This document shows positions 24,530 through 31,614 of a stretch of DNA of 32,000 nucleotides, piece after piece. A program made the position numbers and the translations under genes. Origin of the DNA: an uncultured Methanosarcinales archaeon (GTDB lineage Archaea > Nanobdellota > Nanobdellia > Woesearchaeales > CAYMBN01); the NCBI GenBank assembly GCA_964388715.1, contig CAYMBN010000002.1:31441-63440 (forward strand). The letters are read 5' to 3'. How positions within the stretch are numbered: the stretch's first letter is position 1; the number at the start of each line of letters is the position of its first letter. Below the pieces are notes generated by a model. It was not told where the DNA came from. It worked only from the letters and a program-made list of their open reading frames with translations, and did no database searches.

Positions 24530-25398
24530 TGAATTGGTTTATTTTTGCTTTTGGATCTGCAATCTTTCTTGCTGTGTCAAGAATATTTACAAAAAAAAGT
24601 TTAATGAAAACACATGCAATGGAAAATACTGCTATTGATAGAATGATTCAACTCTTAATCTTATGTTTACTTTTCTTTTGGATTGATTTTTCAATTGAAT
24701 TATGGCTCTTAGCAATAATTTTTGTAATTTCTTTTTTAGTAACAGTAGGGAATATATATCTTATGAAAGGTTATCGACATTGTGACATAAGTATGGTTGA
24801 TCCAATGACAAATTTAAGTCCTGCAATAGTACTTTTATTAGCAGTTTTGTTTTTGGGTGAACAAGTAAGTCTTGTTCAAATTATAGGCATATTCCTTTTG
24901 GTAGTGGGGACGTATGTCCTAGAAGTTGATCATAGTATATCTAATCTTAAGGAACCATTTATCAAATTATGGAAGTCTAAGTACACTCATTATATTTTAT
25001 TTGCACTACTACTTTTTGGTTTAACAGCAGTAGGTGAAAAATTTGTATTAAGTTATACAAAACCATTCACAATAATATTTTATGTTCACTTGTTTATAGC
25101 AATAATCTCCTTTATCTTTTTAACAATATTTCATGATGGGATTAAAGATATTAAACATGGTTTAAATACAGCTGGTTTTATTATTATTTTAGGTTCATTT
25201 TTTAAGATTATTTCTAGTATATTTTATTATTTTGCAGCTTCTTTACAATCAATAAGTTTAGTAATACCTATAAAAAGATTATCTACTTTTTTCACAACAT
25301 TAATAGGTGGTAAAATGTTTCACGAAGAAGGTTTACCTTTGAAAGTAATAGCTTGTCTAATAATGATATTAGGAGTGGTCTTTGTAACAATATATTAA
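24529..25398 (+). CDS. EamA/DMT-family membrane transporter
   Basis: About 289 aa with about 10 hydrophobic helices arranged as two EamA-like halves. The ATG overlaps the fen stop (TAATG). Confidence 0.65.
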   Translation: MNWFIFAFGSAIFLAVSRIFTKKSLMKTHAMENTAIDRMIQLLILCLLFFWIDFSIELWLLAIIFVISFLVTVGNIYLMKGYRHCDISMVDPMTNLSPAIVLLLAVLFLGEQVSLVQIIGIFLLVVGTYVLEVDHSISNLKEPFIKLWKSKYTHYILFALLLFGLTAVGEKFVLSYTKPFTIIFYVHLFIAIISFIFLTIFHDGIKDIKHGLNTAGFIIILGSFFKIISSIFYYFAASLQSISLVIPIKRLSTFFTTLIGGKMFHEEGLPLKVIACLIMILGVVFVTIY

Positions 25399-25399
25399 A

Positions 25400-26419
25400 A
25401 TGTTAACTGTAAAGGTTCCGTTGAGGAAGGCGCAAGAGGTTAAGAAATTTTTACTTAGAAAAGGTTTATTTGCTTATGATTATAAATATGCTAAAACAAA
25501 AGAACACATCTTTTTTCCTGTGACAAGTAAAAAAGGTATTAAGAAAAGGTTTAATTTTGTTAAGTTTATTGAGAAGAAACTCAGTAAGGTAAAGAAAAAA
25601 GTGAATCTGAAAGAAAATGTTTTGAAAAAACTAACAAAAAAAGAAAAAGGCTTTCTAAAAACTTCATTTGATTCTGTAGGTTCAATAGCAATACTTGAGA
25701 TTGATAAGGAAATTGAAAAAAAGGAAAAGTTGATTGCAGAATCTTTACTTAAGGCTCATTCTAATATTAAAACTGTGTTAAGAAAATCTGGTATTCATAC
25801 TGGTGTGTTCAGGACTCAAAAACTTAAATATCTTGCAGGTGTTAAAACAAAAGAAACAGTACATAAAGAGAATGATGTTTTGGTTAAACTTAATGTTGAA
25901 AAAGTATATTTTTCTGTAAGATTAAGTAATGAAAGGAAAAGGATAGCTAATTTGATTAAAAAAGGAGAATCTGTGTTAGTAATGTTTTCTGGCTGTGGAA
26001 TTTATTGTTTGGTTATTTCTAAGAATACTGATGCAAAAGAGGTTTATGGTGTTGAAATTAATTCTGTTGCGCATAAATATGCTGTTGAGAATGTTAAATT
26101 GAACAAGTTGATAAATATTAAATCGTTTAAAGGGGATGTGAGAAAAGTTAAATTAGGGAGGAAGTTTGATAGGATACTAATGCCTTTACCTAAAAGTGCT
26201 GATGATTTTTTAGATATTGCATTGAAGTATTCAAAAAAAGGTACAGTTATTCATTTTTATGATTTTCTTCACGAAAAAGATATTCCTAAGTTGTCAGAGA
26301 GTAAAATAGCTAAAGTATGCAAAAGATTTAAAAAGAAGTATTCAATACTAAATTGGGTAAAGTGTGGTCAACACTCTCCTAGGACATATAGGATATGTGT
26401 TGATTTTAAGATCAGATGA
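25400..26419 (+). CDS. trm5: tRNA (guanine37-N1)-methyltransferase Trm5 (Met-10+ family)
   Basis: 339 aa. SAM-binding VLVMFSGCGIYCL, VEINSVA, and the catalytic-loop-like DRILMPLP. Confidence 0.8.
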   Translation: MLTVKVPLRKAQEVKKFLLRKGLFAYDYKYAKTKEHIFFPVTSKKGIKKRFNFVKFIEKKLSKVKKKVNLKENVLKKLTKKEKGFLKTSFDSVGSIAILEIDKEIEKKEKLIAESLLKAHSNIKTVLRKSGIHTGVFRTQKLKYLAGVKTKETVHKENDVLVKLNVEKVYFSVRLSNERKRIANLIKKGESVLVMFSGCGIYCLVISKNTDAKEVYGVEINSVAHKYAVENVKLNKLINIKSFKGDVRKVKLGRKFDRILMPLPKSADDFLDIALKYSKKGTVIHFYDFLHEKDIPKLSESKIAKVCKRFKKKYSILNWVKCGQHSPRTYRICVDFKIR

Positions 26420-26444
26420 TCTATAAAGAGAGGTGAATTATAAA

Positions 26445-27353
26445 ATGAAAAAATTGTTTGTTTTCTGTTTGATGTTAGTTTTAGCTTTTAGTACAGTAAC
26501 AGCCGAAGATGATTCTGTTACTTTGTGTCCTGCTGTATGTGTAGGAACATGGCAAGCAGTTGATCACGTTTGTGTGTATGAAGAATGTGCTTCTGGTTGT
26601 ACAACTCCACAAACAGAAGAAGAATGTAATGCAGGATTAGTAGTAGAACCTGAAGAAGTTCAAGAAAATCTTGAGGTGGAAACAACAACAGAAACTCCTG
26701 AAGCAGATACAACTGTAGAAACTACTGAAGTAGAAACAACAACAGAAACTGAATTAGTAGGTGAAACTGGCGATGAAGAAGTTGTTACAACAATAGAAGC
26801 TCCACATCCAGAGTTAGCTGATTCAGATGAACCTTCAATTCAGGTTAAAAGAACTAATCCTGGAATTGCTGGTGAAAAAGAAGCAGAGATTATATTTGAT
26901 ATTGTAAATGTAGATATGGCTCATAAGTTAGAAGCATTTTTGATTTGTCAAAGTCCTGATGACACTGTTGTATCATCAACAATAAGTGCTGGTTCAGGTA
27001 GTGGTGCTCAGTATGTAAGTCCAAAGTTTACAATTAATGAGGCACCTACACAAAAGTCAATGTCTATTACTTTGGAATCAGATACTCCTGGAAATAAACA
27101 TGCAACTTGTTCAGTAAAATATACTTTATTTAAGGAAGAAGATGGAAAAAAGTTGTATGTTGCAAAAGATGGAACTTACACTGAGAAAAGTGGAAATGCC
27201 TTAAAAGGAGAAAAGAGCTTTGAAAAAGATGTTGGATTTGATCCAATTGGAACTGTGCAGCAGGAAGGAAAGTCAAAAAAGAAAGGTATTCCTGGATTTA
27301 CTTTGTTAGGAGTATTAAGTGCTTTAGTAGTGGCTTATTTGATTAAAAGATGA
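26445..27353 (+). CDS. secreted Cys-rich / acidic Thr-Glu-repeat protein with a PGF-CTERM-like sorting tail
   Basis: Signal peptide MKKLFVFCLMLVLAFSTVTA. GAGGTG lies upstream of this ATG, and the ORF-track start 26433 is a GTG 4 codons earlier. There are six Cys within about 35 aa, then VETTTET repeats. The C-terminus is KKKGIPGFTLLGVLSALVVAYLIKR. Confidence 0.8.
   Translation: MKKLFVFCLMLVLAFSTVTAEDDSVTLCPAVCVGTWQAVDHVCVYEECASGCTTPQTEEECNAGLVVEPEEVQENLEVETTTETPEADTTVETTEVETTTETELVGETGDEEVVTTIEAPHPELADSDEPSIQVKRTNPGIAGEKEAEIIFDIVNVDMAHKLEAFLICQSPDDTVVSSTISAGSGSGAQYVSPKFTINEAPTQKSMSITLESDTPGNKHATCSVKYTLFKEEDGKKLYVAKDGTYTEKSGNALKGEKSFEKDVGFDPIGTVQQEGKSKKKGIPGFTLLGVLSALVVAYLIKR
26676..26750 (+). 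repeat. in-frame imperfect repeats encoding VETTTET / VETTE
   Basis: GT(G/A)GAAACAACAACAGAAACT occurs at 26676..26696 and 26730..26750, with a shorter GTAGAAACTACT unit between them. Confidence 0.7.
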
Positions 27354-27823
27354 ACAAGTATTTTTTTTATTCTTTTTTTTTAATTATTTTTATTCTTGTT
27401 GTTTCTGATTACTTATTTTTAAGTAAAATAATTGCTTCACAAATAAGTAGTATATTGAATTTTTTTGGTTATAATACTATTGTTAATAATCTTGTTTATA
27501 TTAATGAATATCATGTAACTAAGTTGTGTACTGGGATATATGCAGTTGCTGTTTTTTTAGGTTTGTTAATTCCTCTGAGATTTAGTGTTAAGAAGAAAAT
27601 TTTCTATGTGGTTGGTAGTGTATTTTTGATTTATGTATTAAATTTGCTTAGAATTATCATTGTATTGGTCTTAAATATGCAAGGAATTAGTTGGTTTGTA
27701 GCTCATAATATTATTGGAAGAGGACTAGCATTTATTGTGTTGGTTTTAATGTTTTTAGGGTTATTTAGGCAAATTCCTGAACTAAAGGTGGAATTTGACA
27801 AAATATCCCTTTTAAAGCGTTAA
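27350..27823 (+). CDS. minimal exosortase/archaeosortase-family protein
   Basis: 157 aa with 4-5 TM helices. Family-hallmark residues appear in order: Cys60 (KLCTG), Arg101 (NLLRIII), His119 (VAHNIIGRG). ATGA overlap with the PGF-tail gene. Confidence 0.65.
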   Translation: MNKYFFYSFFLIIFILVVSDYLFLSKIIASQISSILNFFGYNTIVNNLVYINEYHVTKLCTGIYAVAVFLGLLIPLRFSVKKKIFYVVGSVFLIYVLNLLRIIIVLVLNMQGISWFVAHNIIGRGLAFIVLVLMFLGLFRQIPELKVEFDKISLLKR

Positions 27824-27882
27824 ATTTAAAAATGGATGCAGAATTATAAGAATAGAAGGGCTGTTATGACTATTCGCAGCAT

Positions 27883-27990
27883 GGGGCTGTGGGGTAGCTT
27901 GGTTTATCCTTTCTGGTTTGGGACTAAAAAAGCAAAAAACCAGATGACCCCGGTTCGAAATTTAAAAAAACGAAAGTCCGGGCAGCCCCA
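27883..27990 (+). tRNA. tRNA-Pro (anticodon UGG) with two introns (37/38 and T-loop 59/60)
   Basis: Acceptor GGGGCUG/CAGCCCC plus A. D arm with A14, G18G19 and A21. Anticodon stem UCUGG/CCAGA and loop UU-UGG-G[16 nt, 27923..27938]A. T stem CCCGG/CCGGG and T loop UUCGAA[17 nt, 27960..27976]U. Both introns sit in bulge-helix-bulge motifs. Confidence 0.85.
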
Positions 27991-28000
27991 TTTAAGAAAA

Positions 28001-28276
28001 ATGGCAAAAACAAAAATAGACAAATTAAAAAGTGCAAAGCGTTTTGGTGCTCGTTATGGAGCAACACTTAAACATAAATTTGCTAAAATTGAACAAGTGC
28101 AAAGAGCGTTACATAAATGTCCTTATTGTAGTTTTAAAAAAGCAAAAAGAATTAGTAAGGGTATTTGGGAATGTAAAAAATGTAATGCTAAGTTTACTGC
28201 AAAAGCTTATACTATTGGTAAGGCAATTAAATTGGAGAATGTAAAGCCTGTTGAAGAGGAAGGTACTGAAAAATGA
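28001..28276 (+). CDS. rpl37ae: 50S ribosomal protein L37Ae (eL43)
   Basis: MAKTKIDKLKSAKRFGARYG...CPYC...WECKKC zinc ribbon (91 aa). The ORF-track extension back to 27836 reads through tRNA-Pro and is rejected. Confidence 0.9.
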   Translation: MAKTKIDKLKSAKRFGARYGATLKHKFAKIEQVQRALHKCPYCSFKKAKRISKGIWECKKCNAKFTAKAYTIGKAIKLENVKPVEEEGTEK

Positions 28277-28410
28277 TATCTTATAAATGTATTTTATGTA
28301 ATAAGAAGGTTAGTCAAGAAACTGTAAGGAAAAGAATTAGATGTCCTTATTGTGGTAGTAAAATGTTGTTTAAGCCAAGGTCAACAGGAACAAAAGTTAA
28401 AGCAAGATGA
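28273..28410 (+). CDS. rpoP: DNA-directed RNA polymerase subunit P (Rpo12)
   Basis: My own translation, not in the ORF track: MISYKCILCNKKVSQETVRKRIRCPYCGSKMLFKPRSTGTKVKAR (45 aa; CxxC...CxxC). ATGA overlaps on both sides. This is the conserved position after eL43. Confidence 0.8.
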   Translation: MISYKCILCNKKVSQETVRKRIRCPYCGSKMLFKPRSTGTKVKAR

Positions 28411-28631
28411 AGTATACTGCAGTTATTAAAGCTAATGGTAATGTAGAGAAAATCTATAAATGTTTTTTAAGTGAAATAAAAAAAGAGGACAGATCTGAGG
28501 TAAAGATTGAAAAGTATAAAGATTATGTTGAATTTAAAGTAAGCGCAACTGATTCTGTTGCATTAAGAGCATCATTAAATTCAATAACAAAACTGTTAAC
28601 AGTTTATGAAAAGATTGAGGCGTTAAAATGA
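28407..28631 (+). CDS. pcc1: KEOPS complex subunit Pcc1
   Basis: 74 aa. VEFKVSATDSVALRASLNSITKLLTVYEKIE matches the conserved Pcc1 ATDxxALRxxxNS motif. It has the usual neighbourhood with prefoldin beta. Confidence 0.7.
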   Translation: MKYTAVIKANGNVEKIYKCFLSEIKKEDRSEVKIEKYKDYVEFKVSATDSVALRASLNSITKLLTVYEKIEALK

Positions 28632-28963
28632 GTGAAGAAATGAGTAAGGAAACAGAACAAAGGATTGCACAATTGCAATTAATGGAACAAAGTTTACAAA
28701 ATTTGATGGTACAAAAACAACAATTTCAAGCACAATTGATGGAAATTGAGTCTGCATTAGAAGAGTTAGCTAAAACAGATAGTGCTTACAAGATAGTTGG
28801 AAATATAATGGTTAAAAATACAAAGGAAGAACTTGATAAAGATCTTAAATCAAAAAAGGAAATGATTGAGATTCGTATAAAAACTCTTGAGAAACAAGAA
28901 AAACAAATTAAGGAGAAAGTTTCAACTACAAAAGAAGAAGTGATGAAGAAACTTAAAAAATGA
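28628..28963 (+). CDS. pfdB: prefoldin subunit beta
   Basis: 111 aa. Two coiled-coil arms flank the beta-hairpin segment AYKIVGNIMVK. Confidence 0.85.
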   Translation: MSEEMSKETEQRIAQLQLMEQSLQNLMVQKQQFQAQLMEIESALEELAKTDSAYKIVGNIMVKNTKEELDKDLKSKKEMIEIRIKTLEKQEKQIKEKVSTTKEEVMKKLKK

Positions 28964-29211
28964 GTAGTAAAGAAGTTAATGATGTAATTGCTGTTCTTGA
29001 AGATCTTGGAAAAGATTCTACTGTTCCAAAAAATGTTAAAGATAAGGTTTTGGAAGTAATTGGAATTCTTAAGGAAGAATCTGAATTTTCTATTAAAGTT
29101 AATAAAGCATTGAATGAACTTGATGAGGTCACAGATGATTCTAATATGCAACCATATACCAGAACACAATTGTTTAATATTGTAACAATGTTAGAATCAT
29201 TAGCCTCTTAA
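28960..29211 (+). CDS. UPF0147-family small protein
   Basis: 83 aa. DSTVPKNVK...LDEVTDDSNMQPYTRTQLFNIVTMLE resembles the archaeal UPF0147 pattern (tVPrNir ... DpNmP.h.Rt.iw). Confidence 0.55.
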   Translation: MSSKEVNDVIAVLEDLGKDSTVPKNVKDKVLEVIGILKEESEFSIKVNKALNELDEVTDDSNMQPYTRTQLFNIVTMLESLAS

Positions 29212-30059
29212 AAATTCATATTTTTTAATCTTTTTATTCTTTCAGTCATAGAAGGATGTGTTGAGAAGAGATTTAATAAGGATCTTCCTGCAAATGGGTT
29301 TGCTATGAATAAACATGATGTTGCTTTACTTCCAAACCTTAATGGATTGTGTTTGATTGATGTGTTAAGTTTTTCTAAAGCATCTGCTAAATAATTTCCG
29401 CTGTGAAGAAGTTTTGCAGAACCTTCGTCTGCTAGATATTCTCTGCTACGAGATATTGCTAGTTGAATGATTGTTGCAATTAATGGTGTTAATATTGCTA
29501 AAACAAGTAATTCTATTCCAGAACCAGAATCTCTATCTCTTCCACCATACCCGCTAAAAATAGCTGTCCATCGTGCAATCATTGCTAGATATGAAATTAC
29601 TCCTGCGATTGTTGCTGCAATTGATTGAATTAAAATATCACGGTTTTTTATGTGAGATATTTCGTGAGCAAGAACACCTTTTAATTCGTTTTCTGAGAGA
29701 AGGTCAAGAATGCCTTGAGTGACAGCTACAACAGCATGTTTAGGATTGCGGCCAGTTGCAAATGCATTTGGTGAGTTGCTTGGAATAAGATAAATTTTTG
29801 GGATTGGTAGGTTAGCATTTTGTATAATTTCTCTAACCATTCTGTAAAGTTTTGGTTGTTGTGATTCTGTAACTTGTTTTGCTTTGTACATTGCTAATAC
29901 AAATTTATCAGAAAACCAGTAAGCTGAAAAGTTCATGATTATTGCAAAGAGCAAACCAAAATATAATCCTGTTCTTCCACCTAATAAATTTCCTACCCAA
30001 AGTAATAGGGCTGTTAGTAATCCAAGTAATATTACTGTTTTGATTTGATTTTTTATCAT
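29208..30059 (-). CDS. htpX: HtpX-type M48 zinc metalloprotease
   Basis: 283 aa. HEISHIKNRD (HExxH), N-terminal TM helices and C-terminal STHPSMTERI. Confidence 0.9.
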   Translation of the reverse strand: MIKNQIKTVILLGLLTALLLWVGNLLGGRTGLYFGLLFAIIMNFSAYWFSDKFVLAMYKAKQVTESQQPKLYRMVREIIQNANLPIPKIYLIPSNSPNAFATGRNPKHAVVAVTQGILDLLSENELKGVLAHEISHIKNRDILIQSIAATIAGVISYLAMIARWTAIFSGYGGRDRDSGSGIELLVLAILTPLIATIIQLAISRSREYLADEGSAKLLHSGNYLADALEKLNTSIKHNPLRFGSKATSCLFIANPFAGRSLLNLFSTHPSMTERIKRLKNMNF

Positions 30060-30287
30060 ATTATTTTGAAAAAGTAATTTCTTCTTTTAAATCTTTTTAT
30101 TTTTTTTCTCTATAAGTTTTCAAAATAAAAACATTTAAATACTAGAAAATCCAAAATACCTTTATAAGTATTCCGACGGGAAAAAGAAGGATGGATGACA
30201 CAAAAAAATGTGGTAACCTGTACTTATGGGATAATTTATCCCCAGGTGTAATTCTTAATTATATACATAGAAGAATAGGTGGTATAG

Positions 30288-30686
30288 ATGGATAATTCAT
30301 TTGGTCCGCACCTAACAATTGATGCTCGAGGTTGTAATAGAAAAAAAATAACTAGTTTAAGTTTTATTTATGAATTTCTTAATAAGTTTCCAGAAGCAAT
30401 TGATATGGAAAAGATGTCTCTTCCTACAGTTGTTCCTTGGAAAGATGACTGGTCAAAAACACCAGGCATTTCTGGATTTGTAATGATAACAACAAGTCAT
30501 GTTAGTATTCATACTTTTCCTGATGATGATTATGTTTTCTTTGACATTTTTTCATGTAAACATTTTAATGTTGAAAGGGCAAAGGATTTAATCTTGGAAA
30601 TGTTTGAGGCAAAAACAGCTGATGTGAACATTGTTAAAAGGGGTTTAGAGTTTAGAAAAGAACAATTAATTGCAGAAAGAAATTGA
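30288..30686 (+). CDS. pyruvoyl-dependent decarboxylase of the SpeH/AdoMetDC family (substrate uncertain)
   Basis: 132 aa. GPHLTIDARGC... and ITTSHVSIHTFPDD correspond to the SpeH self-cleavage and active-site block, which is usually ESH.SIHTWPE. AGGTGG lies 6 nt upstream. Confidence 0.7.
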   Translation: MDNSFGPHLTIDARGCNRKKITSLSFIYEFLNKFPEAIDMEKMSLPTVVPWKDDWSKTPGISGFVMITTSHVSIHTFPDDDYVFFDIFSCKHFNVERAKDLILEMFEAKTADVNIVKRGLEFRKEQLIAERN

Positions 30687-30752
30687 TGAATCTGCTGATT
30701 TCTTATTTTTAAGAGATAAATTTTTAAATATACGTCTTCTTTTTAAGTAAAC

Positions 30753-31613
30753 ATGGGGGGAAAAACTAATTTTGGAGATTTGACTGAAGAAAATTCTAGT
30801 TTGGAGAATTCTAAGATAGTTATTGTTCCTGTGCCTTATGACGAGACAAGCACTTGGATCAAGGGTGCTGATAAAGGACCTGATGCAATAATTGAAGCTT
30901 CAGCTAATATGGAACTTTATGATATTGAAACTGATTCAGAAGTGTATAAACAAGGGATATTTACTGACAGTGATGTTATTGAAAAATCTTCTGATGAAAA
31001 AATGGTTAGTGCTGTTAAAGAAAGAGTTTTAAAATATTTTGATGATGGGAAATTTACTGTTGTGATTGGAGGAGAACATTCTGTTAGCTTAGGAGCAATT
31101 CAAGCTCACAAGGAAAAGTTTGAAGATATTTGTGTTTTACAATTAGATGCACATACTGATCTTCGTGATGAATATCTTGATTCAAAATATAATCATGCTT
31201 GTGTTATGTCAAGAGTAAAAGAATTATGTCCTATTGTGCAAGTAGGGGTAAGAAGTATGGATTCTAGTGAGAAAGAGAATATGGACAAAGAAAATGTTTT
31301 TTTTGCAAAAGATGTTTGTGATAATGATGGTTGGGTTGATAAGGTTATTTCAAAACTTTCTGAGAAAGTGTATATTACTATTGATCTTGATGTTTTTGAT
31401 CCGTCAATAATGTCTTCAACAGGGACACCTGAGCCAGGTGGTTTGTTGTGGTATGATGTATTGAAGTTATTGAAGAGTGTTTGTAGTGAAAGGAATATTA
31501 TTGGATTTGATGTTGTTGAATTATGTCCTAATGATAATAATAAAGCACCTAATTTTTTAGCTGCGAAATTAATATACAAACTATTAAGCTATAAATTTGA
31601 GGGAGGAAAATAA
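30753..31613 (+). CDS. speB: agmatinase (ureohydrolase family)
   Basis: 286 aa. Mn-binding motifs GGEHS, LDAHTDLRD and DLDVFDPS. Confidence 0.88.
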   Translation: MGGKTNFGDLTEENSSLENSKIVIVPVPYDETSTWIKGADKGPDAIIEASANMELYDIETDSEVYKQGIFTDSDVIEKSSDEKMVSAVKERVLKYFDDGKFTVVIGGEHSVSLGAIQAHKEKFEDICVLQLDAHTDLRDEYLDSKYNHACVMSRVKELCPIVQVGVRSMDSSEKENMDKENVFFAKDVCDNDGWVDKVISKLSEKVYITIDLDVFDPSIMSSTGTPEPGGLLWYDVLKLLKSVCSERNIIGFDVVELCPNDNNKAPNFLAAKLIYKLLSYKFEGGK

Positions 31614-31614
31614 A

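Noticed and set aside
27836-28000. N-terminal extension of the eL43 ORF (146-aa version).
   Set aside because: The extension reads straight through the tRNA-Pro gene. The conserved eL43 N-terminus MAKTK starts at 28001.
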